Source: Haliotis rufescens (Eukaryota). From it: 64,000 bases of DNA. A model generated the notes under the pieces. The model searched no databases and was not told the DNA's origin. It worked only from the letters and a program-made list of their open reading frames with translations. The stretch's first letter is position 1. The number at the start of each line of letters is the position of its first letter. The stretch spans positions 12,710,001-12,774,000 of the forward strand of contig NW_025964361.1 of NCBI RefSeq assembly GCF_023055435.1, given 5' to 3'. Below are positions 22,392 through 37,413 of this stretch, in pieces. The translations under genes were made by a program, and so were the position numbers.

Positions 22392-24299
22392 TAGTTTTTT
22401 TATTATCTAAAAGTGACTCAAAACATGGTTCAGGCAAATGTTTCACAAACTGATAATGGACATTATCTTCCCCTGCTGCAGTATTGAGAACGTGTTGTCT
22501 CACGGTAAGTTTTCCTTGAAATGAAATAGATAAATTGAGGGAAAATGGTGACATTCGATTTATTCAAATGCAGTGTGTGAATCAATAAACATTTCGATTC
22601 AGTTTATCACATAAACACAAAACTAATAATCATAAATTATATTATTACAGATAACGTCTTGGTTTCTTATAGCATAACTACTCATGGTTAGCAGAATATA
22701 AATCAACAAGCATTTCGCCTCAACTAATCCAATAAACATATAAAATAATCATAATTACATGATACATATATACGTAAATAGTATCGAATGGATCTTTACC
22801 AAGCGGTACAATAACCACACAACACACATGATTTACCATGCCAATGTCAATGCAACATTAATGAGGGACGTATTTGTAGATGTATTACGGATGTAGATGT
22901 AACACAGTTTCGCGCATTTACCGTAGTTCTTCTAATGCAAGTGTTACTAGATATGTTATGCAGAGCTCGTATACGAGCGTTTTGCATTTAACCTCAAACA
23001 TTCAGTTACAAATATTGCATCATTTTCTTTTAATCTTTCGATCTTTGGTGATCGTAATTACACTAGAACCTGTACAAGTGACTCATATTGTTGGAATAGA
23101 TTCAAACATATATATTGAGCAATAACCTTACAATGAAGCAGCGCATGTAGATCAAATTATACAATGTTCCAGAAATCATAGACAACAATAATCAAGATAC
23201 TTGAAAAGAACTATTAAACAATCTTAGACAACAATCATAAAACACATTCAACATATATGAAAACGACCATTGAAACACCGCAGGAAAGTGTCTTACCCTA
23301 AAATAAGATAGATGAATTGAGGATAGGATCAGAGTTGCTAGCGTTTCAAGATTATATTCCGATGCAGTGTGACTTGGCGGTCTACTTATGTCTTTCTATG
23401 TTGGAGATTGAACGTGCGCTTTCTGCATTTTGGTGGGTGGGGGATGTAATAAATGAATATAATAAAGTGGAAAAAGCTGGGCTTGGGTTGGTGGGGGTTG
23501 GGTCAAGCGCTTGAAGCACGGCGTCGGCTGGCGAGCCTGTGTGGTGAGAAAGGCCCTCGGAGCGTCTGGTGGAGTTGCCTGGCCAGGAGCTTCATGGTTG
23601 TGCTCTCTTTCTGTTCACTGAGGGTCTGGTACAATATGCCGGTCAGCTGGGCGGCTGTGTTGGAGATGTACGCTGGAAATCAAAGAGATTTCTAACTGTG
23701 AATATCATGCTCGAACCTCTCCCCCATGTACCATACCATGACCAGCGGTGGGCGCGGACGACCGCTCGCGTAATGGTTTACCAAGGCTGTTGTCGATACG
23801 AGGGGCGGGGTTGTCCTTGTGCTGCTCCAGAATAAAACCAGCTATCCGTGACAAATCCATACGGGGATCCTCCTTCTCTCTTGGAGGAAGGGTCACCTCA
23901 ATCTCCTGTCTTGAGACTGAAGGTGTCTCCTTCTTTATATTCTGGGGTCGGGGTTTCTGCACCGGGAGTGACGCAGAGGGAGCCAGTTTGTACTTAACCG
24001 TGGACTGATCGAGATCAAAGATGATGGAGAATGTTGAGGGGTTCTTTCTCTAGGACGTCTAGAGCTAGAAGTCCTTAACCCGGTACGTTAGAAGCGGTTC
24101 CAGGATGGAGACCAGCTCCCTCGGTAGGGCCCTGCTGATATCTATCATGATGGGCGCTTGGGGGTGTCCAAGCCAAGTGTGTGGTCACTTGACAGTCAAA
24201 CTGCACATACTTATATCGTGGAGGGACGCATAGCAATCTCTGATTGGTTAAGTTTTGAAGACATTATTTTAATTTATTGTCACCATTAGTTCCTTTGTT

Positions 24300-25522
24300 A
24301 TTTTATGGATTGGAGAAAACACGCTTACGAGGTTTTGGTAGACAGAGCATGCCCTGGGGGTCGGGGAAAACCGCGGGGGCTTCGCCCCCTTGGTTTTTCC
24401 CTAGGGACTAGCGGTTGGTAAAACCGCGCAAATCGAAATAGTTCATTTATGATGTAGTATTTTCATTGGCGTGGTTAGGAACGCTCGGTTAAAAAAGTCG
24501 AACAGTGCTCAATTATCTTGAACCGCGTGGTTAGCCCAGCGGTTCTACCCGAGCCAATGGTAATTTTACAGAATAAGGCTTAATTTCCTTTGAAAAAAAA
24601 TTTGCATAGCGGTTTGACTAATCAGCATTGATTTGTTCTCCATAAACTGTCATAAAGTATTCATAAAGTATCAGGGGTCATTTCAACTTGCAAAATGAGT
24701 GACATAGTCCTTTATAGAGCGAGGATTGGGCTGTTTTCTCACCCGATTGACTGATATTACAACATTCACATGGTTTAGAATGGTACAATGAATGGTAAAG
24801 CATGCAAATTGCACTATTACGCGATATTTCATAAGATAATAACATATCTCAGTTAAAAATAAAACAAATATTTATAAGTCCACATACTGACATAAGACTT
24901 TATCACTGTATTGAATTCCAAAAACTTAGTTATAAATTTTCGGACAATTCAGTTCTAAATTCTTCGCCCCCTTGGTTTTTCCCTCTCCCCAGGGCATGCT
25001 CTGTCTACCAAAACCTCGTAAGCGTGTTTTCTCCAATCCATAAAATAACAAAGGAGAGGGGAGAAGCCCCCGCGGTTTTCCCCGACCCCCAGGGCATGCT
25101 CTGTCTACCAAAACCGAGGGAAAGTGATTTTCCATACTTATAAACCGTCTAAATTGATTAAATGTTGTAACGAGCATCTATAAATGAGGCGCTTCATTAT
25201 AGAGCTTCCTTGAAGACGTGATGTCATAACTTGCACGTGAAATTCGCTGACTTGCCGGCGTTCAAGAGCACTTGGATGTGTCAAAAACAAACCACAACTA
25301 AAATACTTACTTTTAAATGAAAGTGAAATCTTCGGTTTCTAAATGTTTGTGTTGTAATATTCCACTTCTTTTAAACTTTTCAAAAAGAAAATTCGCAAAT
25401 TTTAAAATTGATTTTTTGCTTTACAAGATTTTCAACTTTAAACAATCCAACTGTTACATAGAGGTAGTTGTGACGTAACAGCTATCAGTTACTGCACGTG
25501 CAAATTGTGCAGCATTGGTAAG
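24300..25522. mobile_element. Second hairpin-ended element with complex rearrangement (includes an inverted copy of 25829-26392)
   Basis: Replaces ~200 bp present in the other units. GC-rich hairpin gggggcttcgccccc with arms gttttggtagacagagcatgccctgggg seen three times. Confidence 0.7.
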
Positions 25523-26392
25523 CACTAACTAGAGGCATTAAAATTAAAATGCCAATTTAGGGAAAGTAAGTGGTACAAAGGTGTTCTCCTATTTGTAGAT
25601 TCTCAAAGGTTAGCTGCCAATCACACCCTAGAATATTTTCTCTTCCCCCCCCCATTATTTATACAGACGTGTCATGCAGTTCAATAATTTTATGTGTATT
25701 AAATGCAGTGTCTGTGGGGTATTTTGTGATGGACCTAAATACTAGATAAGGAAATGTATGTGGTAAGAATGTGTTCAGCTGTAGATTCTCGTCGTCTAGC
25801 TACAAATCCTGTGATGTATTAATGGTTGAAGAATTTAGAACTGAATTGTCCGAAAATTTATAACTAAGTTTTTGGAATTCAATACAGTGATAAAGTCTTA
25901 TGTCAGTATGTGGACTTATAAATATTTGTTTTATTTTTAACTGAGATATGTTATTATCTTATGAAATATCGCGTAATAGTGCAATTTGCATGCTTTACCA
26001 TTCATTGTACCATTCTAAACCATGTGAATGTTGTAATATCAGTCAATCGGGTGAGAAAACAGCCCAATCCTCGCTCTATAAAGGACTATGTCACTCATTT
26101 TGCAAGTTGAAATGATCCCTGATACTTTATGAATACTTTATGACAGTTTATGGAGAACAAATCAATGCTGATTAGTCAAACCGCTATGCAATTTTTTTTT
26201 CAAAGGAAATTAAGCCTTATTCTGTAAAATTACCATTGGCTCGGGTAGAACCGCTGGGCTAACCACGCGGTTCAAGATAATTGAGCACTGTTCGACTTTT
26301 TTAACCGAGCGTTCCTAACCACGCCAATGAAAATACTACATCATAAATGAACTATTTCGATTTGCGCGGTTTTACCAACCGCTAGTCCCTAG
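24401..26392. repeat. ~560-bp near-perfect inverted repeat (24401-24965 vs 25829-26392)
   Basis: Direct reverse-complement reading. Only one mismatch noticed in the stretches compared. Confidence 0.92.
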
Positions 26393-27329
26393 CGGTTTGC
26401 AGTTGGTGAAACCGCGCCAAACCGCACACAATGGAAACTAAGTCGCCGAACTTTTAAGCATAGTTTTGTATATAGCATTTTAACCACCTCCCTAAACGTC
26501 CCCCAAACCGCGTGGCAAACCGCGCACATGGAAACTCAGCCTAAAGGGCGGCGGCTTTTACATAAGCCAGTAAAGCTTGTTTGTCAATCCCCATTCATAT
26601 ATTTATGTATAAAAATCTGTTGAAACAAATACATTGTTAAGCCTGGTTTGTTTGCATTAAAATCAAAACAAAGGAATCTGTAAGGTGTAAATAGCTTTTA
26701 CATAAACGAACAAAATACATGGGAGAGAGTAAATACATAATTCTATATAATTTTCTTGAATGGAGCACATTTGAAAAAAAGATAATCCAAGCATATGCGA
26801 TATTGCCGTGTTTAAAGAATTTATATCAGTCATATATTTCTAACTTAGATCACCAGTATGTAACCTAGGTAAAGCATGCATATCGAGGAACATTGTAATG
26901 TTGGTACAGTTTATCGTGTCTTCGTGCTTTATAACTAGCATTACACATTGTCTTTTCATATTCCTCAAGGTTTTAATGTTTATTTGTTTATGTACTTTTT
27001 TCTCTCCTTTATTTTTCTGGGCTATATATTTATCTAAATATACATTTAGTTACTAGTATGTGTGGGGATGTTTAACAGAAACCTGGTTGCACCATGATAT
27101 TCTAGTCACTGATATTACATTGATACCATTTTCAAATCGTAGCCTGTATTAAGGAATATATCCGCCCGGGGGAGATTTTATTTCAGAACAGATTCACCGG
27201 GGAAGAATCTGTACCAGTATAAAATCTCCAGTGGGAGAATTTGTACGGGGGAAAGTTTATGACAGGACACGGGCCGCATTTCAGGCTGACTGCTGACTTG
27301 TATAGGGGATTACTATTATTGGTCAGCGT

Positions 27330-30300
27330 GTCAATCTAGAAATGACACGACGGCGGTGAACTCTAAAGCAAGTGTTAGCACCATGACAATATCATGAGCA
27401 TGTAATGAAAATACTTCATTGTAATCTTCACCATTATTTAGAATCAAAATAAACTCTTTGTCTTTTCCTGTTGTCTCTGATATCTCTGGCTCAGGGACAT
27501 AATTTGTTGATGAAGAATGTTTGGCAAGAGTTTTGCCAAGATTATTTGCAATGGCAGATTTATCAGATATTAAATTATAACTGTTTTTGAGATTTGAAAC
27601 TTTTGCCATTTATGCTTTTAACATGTTCAATCCCTTGGATATGGTGGTGCGTGAAGTAATTTTTGAGTCGTTCTTATAAGCACGCGATGCCAGGACATAA
27701 GTAATTCTTTACATTTTCAAATTGTGAACTGTAGCATGTCGGTGGAAATATTTTCCCACTTTCTTCCTACACTCCGTTGTTTTTTGCAGGCGTTATTAGA
27801 TGATGGTTTACGAATATGAGGGTTTTCAGAGGACTTTGCAATTGTTTGGTCAGCAATTTCTAGTTGAGCCGAAAACAACTGGATGTGATCTTGTGAATCT
27901 GTGAAATTATAGGTTTTAGTTTTTGAGGACATAACATATTATACAAGGACCAATTGGCTTTCATAAAACTCCACCGTGATGATGAAGGTGGGTCATCATT
28001 CGCTTTTACAGCTTTTAGGACAGTAGGGAAGTAATCACTTTCACAAAGGTCGTCATGCACAGACCATTCGAACTCATTGTAAACGTTTAACCCGAAAGAG
28101 TCAGGATGTAAAAAAACACATACATCATCATCAGAAATATAATCTGCAATGACTTTAACCTTATTGGTAGTAGCTGCACTTCCACAAAGTGGGTTATGTC
28201 CATTTAAATCGCCCATGATGATGCAGGGCTTTGGGAGCTGATCATGTAGATTCTGATGATCAAATAGTTGAAGAGTAGATGAAGGTGGGACATACAGAGA
28301 GCACAAAGTCCATGCAGTGTGCAATGTAAGTCGGACAATAACAACTTGAAGATAAGTATTTAAATGAACAGAAGTATGAATGATGTGCTGCCTGACTAAA
28401 ATAGCAGAGCCCCCAGACGCATTATCTCCCGGAGGAGAAAATGAATGATGAGAGTTGTACAGCCTCAGGTCAAATGTTCCCCTATGTTTAAGATACGTCT
28501 CTTGGAGACAGATTGCTGACAGCTTAAAATCTTGTTTTCGGAAATGCAGCACATTAAAATGGGTCCCGAATCCTTGGCAGTTCCACTAAATCAAGTGATT
28601 TGTGTTACTCATTAAGGTGGAGTAACAGGGGATCGTCTCCTGTCTTCCTTTTTTGGGAGAGTGGCCACTTGTACGACCACTTGTGCTCACGTGAAGGGAT
28701 ACATATCCTCTAGCGACTCATACTTGTTGTTGAGCTACAGAGGAAGTTTTAGTGTCTTTGACACTCAGTTAGTTACATATTTCTTTTTTTGTATTGTCAA
28801 CATGCAATGGTTTTGGTTGTTGTTTCTGTTTCTTTGTTGGAGCTGGTGTTGGAGCTGGAGCTGGAGCTGGAGCTGGAGCTGGAGCTTTGATATCAATTTT
28901 AGACACTGGCTTAGGTGTGTCTCGTATTGTCCATGACACATCTGACTGACGGTGTACAGATGCTGTTGTAAATAGTTTAACTGTTTTGTAAACAGAAGCA
29001 GAAGAATGTTGGTTAGTGTTTGGATGTGAGACTAACTTTGCTTGTGAAGCTGATCTTCTGCTCAGATTTTTTTTTTTTTTTTTACAATGCCTTGAAACTT
29101 ATGGTCACTGCAGTCAGTTGAAGAGGACATATGTTTACCCTGACAGTTAGAGCATTGGTTTAGTGCAGGCATTTCCTTCATGACCCATCTCACCACATCT
29201 GAAGCAAGTAGCCTTGCCTGTACATGAATTCTGCCCATGTCTAAATTTCTGGCATTTGAAACAGCGAGTTGGTCGTGGAATGCAGAGGTTCACAAGCATA
29301 CAGAAATAACCAACTTTAATAAAGCTTGGTGGAACTTTTGTATCGAAAGTCAAAAGGTATCTGCTTGAATGGAAACACACGCCATCTTTGCGATATGTGA
29401 ATCGTTTGGCTTCAATCACACCTTGACTCCGAAGTTCAGATAGAATTCTTCAATAGTTTCTTCAGCGAGCCTGCGATTGTGGTCTCGGATTATGGCCTTG
29501 CTGAAATTTAGGGTCTTGTGAGCAGAACAGGGATATGAAACAGTTTAGTTGATGTCATGAGGTTGAATATACCAGGAAAACACAATCTATCAATCAAAAG
29601 CGCTCCAGATCGTAAAATTGTAACATCCTTCAACTCACCAACTTTATCCTTTTCCTTTTTCCAAACGAAATGGTGAATACGAAGCTAAAGTATTGTCACC
29701 CTTAGCTTCCATGACAAGGAACCGAGGCCAAGTATCCTTTTCAGAATACAATAATCTTGTCACCGTTTCATCATCAGATGAATCAAGTTCAGAATCAGAA
29801 TCAGAAAGTTGCCGGGTTGTTTTTTACACATAGTTGTAGTACTAGTAACTGTGGTTTAGCAATCCTGCTCCCTGCCCCACCATGGAGCACCAACAAGGGC
29901 GATGCCATACATAAGGGGAATTCCAACGAACTAACATAATATACAGAAATATTATACTCCAGCAGAACAATAAAATCAACCAGATTGGTCGGAAAACTAC
30001 CGTCTTCTTGGCATATCCAGTTAGAAATTGAAATGATACGTTTGGAATTTAAGTAAAATAACATTTGGCCAAGACTAAAACCAAGTATGACAACATTTAG
30101 ATATACTTGTGTGAATCAATAATGACGAACAGAGTTTGGCATGACCAGGCGATTGATATCACCAGGCCCATCCTACCTCCCGTCAAGGGCAATGTAAGGG
30201 TCAAAGTGATATGTTGGACAAAGAACACTATTGCCGGCTCTGGCGTCCTCAACCATAAGACTTCCTTTATCTGCCGCCACAGTGATGCAACCCACAGCAA

Positions 30301-30365
30301 ATAGGTTGCCCAATTCGCTCGCCTCTTACGACCATCAATGGGGTGCAGGGGACACATTCTACCCC
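27330..30365 (-). mobile_element. I/Nimb-type LINE: 5' UTR, gag-like ORF1 with three CCHC knuckles, APE endonuclease (decayed)
   Basis: CFKCQKFRHGQNSC, CFRCGEMGHEGNAC, CSNCQGKH...C. APE motifs WNCQG, ICLQET, IMGDLNGHNPL, SDYFP. Confidence 0.9.
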
Positions 30366-30429
30366 ACTAACCATTTACTTGCCTGCTATTACAGGCTCTT
30401 ACTCTAAGCACACTCCTCCAGACACAACT

Positions 30430-31566
30430 TTAGCCACTTTTCAGCTCTTCAAAATATTTTGTAACAGTCTCTAGTATTATTGTTCCTTCCAAGTTGTAAA
30501 CATATAGATGCCCATGAGTTTCGCCTTCTGAGATACACATAATGGCTATTCCATCACGAAATGCTGTTAAAGTCATATCATTTTCAGAGTTTTCAGGGCA
30601 CTTCATTAAAAACGTATCCAGGTTATTTGTAACGTTTCGCATGTATACTCTCGAATCTGTAAGACCGTAAATTAGAAGATCTTTCAAAATCACAAGTTGT
30701 AACAAATGATGCGGAGCCGAGATACTCGTAAGTATTTGCGGAATGACAGGGGGCTGGTGATTGTATATTACATAATACACATCGTACCTATACCTTCTGT
30801 TGACTTTCGTCAATTTGCACCACACGAACATCTTGTCCCTACTTCCTCCCATACGATAATTGCTGGCGACTATGCGCTCATTAACATAGGCAATAACAAC
30901 TTTGGTTGGATTGTCAATCTCTGTTGCCATCAGTTGCCAGTTGGAATCCCGTCCTTGAAAGAAATAGATATGTTTATTACTTCTGTCATAATAAAGACCG
31001 CAGATTTCATCATAGCCCTCACTAACCAGCATTTTTAGAAAACGGCCATCAAGGGAGTGAAGTCGTATGCTGTAACTATCAGGCTGAACTATCAGAAGAC
31101 AGGCACGCGAATCCACTGCCCAGTTCATGGGAGAATGTAAGCCAGATATGCGTACCCAATTTGTTCCATTCGGGGCCAACACATATAAACCCATTTCAAC
31201 TGTTTCCTCTCCGAAAAGTAAATCCTTTGAAGAGTCCATTCGAATTTTGAGCGGGATGCCAGTACATCTGGATCTTGGGGATAGAGCTGTCCTGTTAGAA
31301 GCCACACTTGGACTAACATGAAATGAAGTATTTGTTTTTGTTGACCAGTTTCCTTCACTGCTGCTCGGGAGAAAAGAACAATTCATTATTCCCGATTCAT
31401 ATACTATCGAACAGATAAAATTGCCAAAGTTCATGAAGGTACTTTGTAATAGGTAGTTGTTTTTTTTGCTTTCAAGTTGCAAATGTTTCCATTCAATACT
31501 TTCAGAAGGAGGCGTTTTTAAGCAGAAACAGGCTACCATCACCACAACGTTTCTAAGGCTTTTCAT
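30430..31566 (-). CDS. Propeller gene copy 3 (intact, 378 aa)
   Basis: Full ORF with about 42 aa differences from copy 1 (~89% identity, counted by eye). Confidence 0.8.
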   Translation of the reverse strand: MKSLRNVVVMVACFCLKTPPSESIEWKHLQLESKKNNYLLQSTFMNFGNFICSIVYESGIMNCSFLPSSSEGNWSTKTNTSFHVSPSVASNRTALSPRSRCTGIPLKIRMDSSKDLLFGEETVEMGLYVLAPNGTNWVRISGLHSPMNWAVDSRACLLIVQPDSYSIRLHSLDGRFLKMLVSEGYDEICGLYYDRSNKHIYFFQGRDSNWQLMATEIDNPTKVVIAYVNERIVASNYRMGGSRDKMFVWCKLTKVNRRYRYDVYYVIYNHQPPVIPQILTSISAPHHLLQLVILKDLLIYGLTDSRVYMRNVTNNLDTFLMKCPENSENDMTLTAFRDGIAIMCISEGETHGHLYVYNLEGTIILETVTKYFEELKSG

Positions 31567-32517
31567 GTTTATGTGTAAGGAGTTGAATATCCAAACGGCG
31601 ACTTCAGAATAAGTTTCAGGACAGAAGGTCTACACAGAATATTCCAATTAACTATGAAAGCCACAGAAATATATTTTATCAAACAGGAGCTTATCAGTGA
31701 TTTAAAAATAAGCAAAATTCGTTTGCGATTGTTTATGCATTATCATTAGATCTGATCTCTAGATTTGCAATCATATGCTCAAAAGAAGAAAGAAGACGAA
31801 ATAGCCACATACAACTGTCTTTGCTGTATGTTAACTCAACAACCGATGCTGCAGCTGAAACAGCTCTATGCAAACCATTATCCTCACTTCTTGTCCCGTA
31901 CATAGATATCAAAACAACCATCAAGCGTTATGCTCGGGGTCGTATGCAAAACAAAGGGGACCACCAAGGTGGGGATCAATAAACTTCATCAGTTTAAACT
32001 AACAATCGGTCACACCTACATGTATGTGGGTATTCAGTAAAGACATGAAGACGTCATTTTGCGACGAGGTCCTATTGGACACGATTATCTGTTTTACACA
32101 GATGATGACGAACCTCCTAAGTGTATACTTTTTAATGAAAGGTTCACCGTCAAGCAAGTTCTGCTTGACTGCACATGTGTGGTCTTGGCAATTGCAAGGG
32201 ATTCACATTATTAAACAGCAAGTCTGAAAGATCTTTTTTCCCCTGTAAGCGGGCTATCACCATCAACTTCTTGACAAAATTATTCTGTATAATAAATTTT
32301 AAATATATATGGTAGTTATTAAAATGGGTGTGATGCTTTTTGTCAACAGAGATTATGGACTGCCCAGGAAGTTAGGAAGTACCGTAAAATTATTATCCCT
32401 CTATGTGACACGTAGTTCCTATCATAATCGATGTATCTATAATCAACACATGTTTTAAGCCAACATACTATTAGTCGGTTTTTTAAACATATTAAATAAA
32501 TAGCTTTTAAATCGAAC

Positions 32518-32649
32518 NNNNNNNNNNNNNNNNNNNNNNNNNNNNNNNNNNNNNNNNNNNNNNNNNNNNNNNNNNNNNNNNNNNNNNNNNNNNNNNNNNN
32601 NNNNNNNNNNNNNNNNNNNNNNNNNNNNNNNNNNNNNNNNNNNNNNNNN
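32518..32649. other. Assembly gap at the homologous position to the first gap
   Basis: Run of N. Confidence 1.
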
Positions 32650-35600
32650 GTTCTGTCCTTTAGTGTCTACAATTTTGAGGTACAGTCGATCATGCTGTCT
32701 ACGAAGATTCCAAAGAGCATTAAAAAAGTCAAACGTTGTTTTATCAAGAATACAATATTAAAGGCCTTGGTGAAACTTTAAAAAATGTTAATGGTAGACA
32801 GATGGTAGACAGGTGGAAGACATTTCCAAATATTACGCATCACTGATAAAAGTGATGTACGATCGAATTATCACCCAGTTGAATATTTGCAGATCCCCAG
32901 AAAGTTCTTAACGTTCACTTCATACAGCGTTTTTAAGAGATAGCCCATCAGCCAGATTCAGATAATGGGGAAGATTACAATAAAAATGTCTATTCATGAA
33001 CTACATAATGCCCTTGGACATGCTCACAATACTGCTACAGGAGCTGATAACATACATTATCAAGTCCTGAAGCACTCACCAGAATCATGTTTACAATCAC
33101 TGTTGAATATTTTTGATAAAATTTGGACGTCAGGACACTACATGGAAAGATTTACATGATATTGGATTGCGAGGCCGTTTGCCTTTTTTAAATCCATTTT
33201 TTTAACAGTCAGAAAATTTCAAGTCCGCTTGGGTACGGTGCTGCCCTGTCCGCTCATCATAATCAGGATCAGGGCGTCTCACAGGGCATATTCACCATAA
33301 AGATCAATAGTTTATCAAAAGTTATAATTTATTCAGTTGATGGATAATTTTGTGTGGATGATTTTAATATTGCCTGTCGTGGTAAAAACATGGATACTAT
33401 TGAAAGGCAACTCCAATTATGTTCAAATACAGTTCATAAATGGCCACTCGAAAATGGTTTAAAGTTTTCTAAAACTGTTGCCAGTGCCACTGTCATTGGA
33501 TCCAGGACTATCTCATCCAGATTACCTGATAGCTGTTCTTTTTTTAACAGAAGAAGCAAATGCTATTTTAACAGCTCTTAAATATATCAACAGCCAAACT
33601 AAACATAAACAGTTCATATTTTTCAGATTCTCTTTCTTGCCTCCAGGCTAATAAAAAAGCTCACATCCACTTTTAATTAAAATTGTTGAATTCTTTAATT
33701 AATTTGCTTCTGGCCAATACGACATCGTTTTCTGTTGGCTACCCAGCCATGCTGGTATCATAGGTAACACAATGGCCGATGCTGCTGCAAAAGCAGCGCT
33801 CAACAAATCTGTGACGCCACTTCTAATCCCATACAGTGACGATAATCCTGTTATTACTTGCCCGTGAAGAGATCACCCGTTTAATAAACATACAGTTGTG
33901 TTACACATTGTGTATTACCAAAACGCGTGCTTTTGTACTCTTGGAACACTTTTCACGAACAAATATTGAAAGCTCACAACACCCCTTGGCTTATTCAACG
34001 ACATTGCATGTGGAGAGGAGCTTATGCACACTTGATAACCCCAGCAACCTTGTTGCCAGGCTGACGTCACATGACACTGTTTCGCCGATGGATCTTGCAA
34101 CAAAATTCCACAAATTACGTCATCGGGTATTGTGACGTTATTGTAAACTTTGAGGTGCAAGGCCAGTTCCACAAGGCGATCGTATTGTAGCGGAACGACA
34201 GTCGTTAGTCTGTTAAAGTATGTGAGTTGCGATAGTCTTAGCCCTACGGTAATGTTGTGAAATCTAAAGGTGGACCGTTATATGGTATTAAATTCATACG
34301 TTTCAACTTTTGACGTGTTTGAAGTATTATTCTGTTAAACTCAATTGGACTATGCCGTGGATCGTTTCGGTGCCAGCCTATTCATACTCAAAAGTATAAT
34401 TCTAAAAACGTTATAAATGGCAAGTAATAAATAAACTACTAAACTCGCTTCCGTGTAAAACCAATTTTATGAAACTCATGAATAGTTGTGGTATCTGACT
34501 CGCTTTCTGACCTCAACTATTCACTCGTTTCATAAAATTTGTATCACATGGGAGCTCGTTCAGTGTTCTATCTTTATTAGATATTACATCCGAGATCTGA
34601 TGCATATTTATATTGTGTTAACTTATACTTTCTGCTTTTAAATGTTCTCAAATAGTTTTAAATCGAATCGGTGATATTCTAGTTATTGTACTGTCCATCG
34701 ATGACAGGTTTTTATTTGTCTAAATATATGTATTACTAATGTATAACTTTTCGTCACGATATGGCTGAAATATTGCCGATGTGACGTTAAATATGAACTC
34801 ACTCTCTATGTTTTAGTGTTGTTAAAATGGTGTTTGCTTCTACTGTGAATATGGACTGTAATCTGGTAATCGTGAAGATACTGTTCTGGATCCAATATAA
34901 ATATACATTTATAAGTTTCATATGTGTTTCTTAATTGCTTGTATTTCTGTATATTAATTAGTGGGTTTGTGTCAGATTTTTTCAGTTTTGTTTATGTCAG
35001 GTCGACATTTCACCTTACCATTTGCCAAGGAGGTGATGAAAAGAGTTGAGAGGGAGCTATATCTTAACACTAGTATTAGAAGCAGAAATGACAGATTTAA
35101 TTCTGAATCCAAGTGTTGAACCACGAGACTTTTGTAAATAACCCTTACATTCTCCAGTATAGACGATGGAGCCGTAATCAAATTGGTAAGGGTTGTCTGA
35201 TCTCCTCCCTACTTTGAATTAGATACAACTTTCAACAAATCGGATGACATCAGAAATTTAGATCTAAGTGATTCAATGTGTAGTAAGAAAGTTAACTGGC
35301 TATCAAAGATCAGTCCCTAGAATTTGGCCTTCTCGACAACTTTGATAGTAAATAATTCAGGGACTTATGTGGCTTATATTTTCTTCACAAATGTATGTAT
35401 AGTTAGTTTTTTATTATCTAAAAGTGTCTGAATACATGGTTCAGGCAAATGCTTCAAAAACTGATAATGGATATTATCTTCCCCTTTCCTCAGTATTGAG
35501 AACGTGTTGTCTCACCGTAAGTTTTCCTTAAAATAAAATAGATGAATTGAGGGAAAACGATTTATTCAGATGCAGTGTGTGAATCAATAAACATTTCGAT

Positions 35601-37413
35601 TCAGTTTATCATATAAACACAAAACTAATAATCGTAAATTATATTATTACAGATAACGCCTTGGTTTCTTATAGCATAACTACTCATGGTTAGCAGAATA
35701 TAAATCAATAAGCATTTCGCTTCAACTAATCCAATAAACATATCAAATAATCATACATTACATTATATATATATACGTAAATAATATCAGAATGGATCTT
35801 TAACAAGCGGTACAATAACCACACAACACATATGATTCACCATGCCAATGTCACCTTGAAATGATGCAACATTAATGATGGACGTATTTGTAGATGTATT
35901 ACGGTAATACAGTTTCGCGCATTTACCGTAGTTCTTCTTATGCAAGTGTTACTAGATATGTTATGCAGAGCTCGTATACGAGCGTTTTGCATTTAACCTC
36001 AGACATTCAGTTACAAGTATTGCATCATTTTCTTTAAAGAACAAAGCTGACTGACTATTTAGTCCATATATAAGTCCAGCATTACTGTTAGCAACTACTC
36101 TACACATATTCACAACATGACAAATTTTACGTTTGATAATTGCACTAGATTTCTTATTTATCAAACTGTTATCAAGAATTTGATCAGGAATAATTATTTT
36201 CATATTTTGATGATCGAAATTACACTAGAACCTGTACAAGTGACTCATATTGTTGGAATAGTACGCATTTTTTTAAAGTTCCTAAAATTTTATAGAAGAT
36301 TCAAAAATTACATTAAGCAATAACCTTACATTGAAGCAGCGCATGTAGATCAAATTATACAATGTTCCAGAAATCATAGACAATAATAATCAAGATATTT
36401 GAAAAGAACCATTGAAACAATCTAAGACAACAATCATAAAACACATTCAACATATATGAAAACGACCATTGAAACACCGGATGAAAGTGTCTTACCCTGA
36501 AATAAAATAGATGAATTGAGGATAAATAATGACATCAAAATTGCTAGCGTTTCAAGATTATATTCCGATGCAGTGTGGTCTACTTATGTCTTTCTATGTT
36601 GGAGATTGAACGTGCGCTTTCTGCATTTTGGTGGGTAGGGGATGTAATAAATGAATATAATAAAGTGGAAAAAGCTGGGCTTGGGTTGGTGGGGCTTGGG
36701 TTGGTGGGGGTTGGGTCAAGCGCTTGAAGCACGGCGTCGGCTGGCGAGCCTGTGTGGTGACAAAGGCCCTTGGAGCGTCTGGTGGAAATGCCTGGCCAGG
36801 AGCTTCAGGGCTGTGCTCTCTTCCTGTTCACTGAGGGTCTGGTACAATATTCCGGTCAGCTGGGCGGCTGTGTTGGAGATGTACGCTGGACTTATTATCA
36901 CAGTCCACCAGGAAATCAAAGAAATCCTTCTAACTGTGGATATCATGCTCGAACCTACCCCTCCATGTACCATACCATGACCAGCGGTAGTCGCAGACGA
37001 GCGCTCGCGTATGGTTTACCAAGGCTGTTGTCGATAGGAGGGGTGGGGTTGTCCTTGTGCTGCTCCAGAATAAAGTAAGCTATCCGTGACAAATCCATAC
37101 GGGGATCCTCCTTCTCTCTTGGAGGAAGGGTCACCTCAATCTCCTGTCTGGAGACTGAAGGTGTCTCCTTCTTTTTAATCTGGGGTTTCTATATCGGGAG
37201 TGACGCAGAGGGAGCCAGTCTGTACTTAACCGTGGACTGAGCCCGAGCCTAGTGCAGAGGCCTCTTTCTTTGATCGAGATCAAAGATGATGGAGAATGTT
37301 GAGGTGTTCTTTCTCTAGGACGTCTGGAGGGAGAAGTACCTAACCCGGTACGTTAGAAGCGGTTCCAGGATGGAGACTAGCTCCCTCGGTAGGGCCTTGC
37401 TGATATCTATCAT

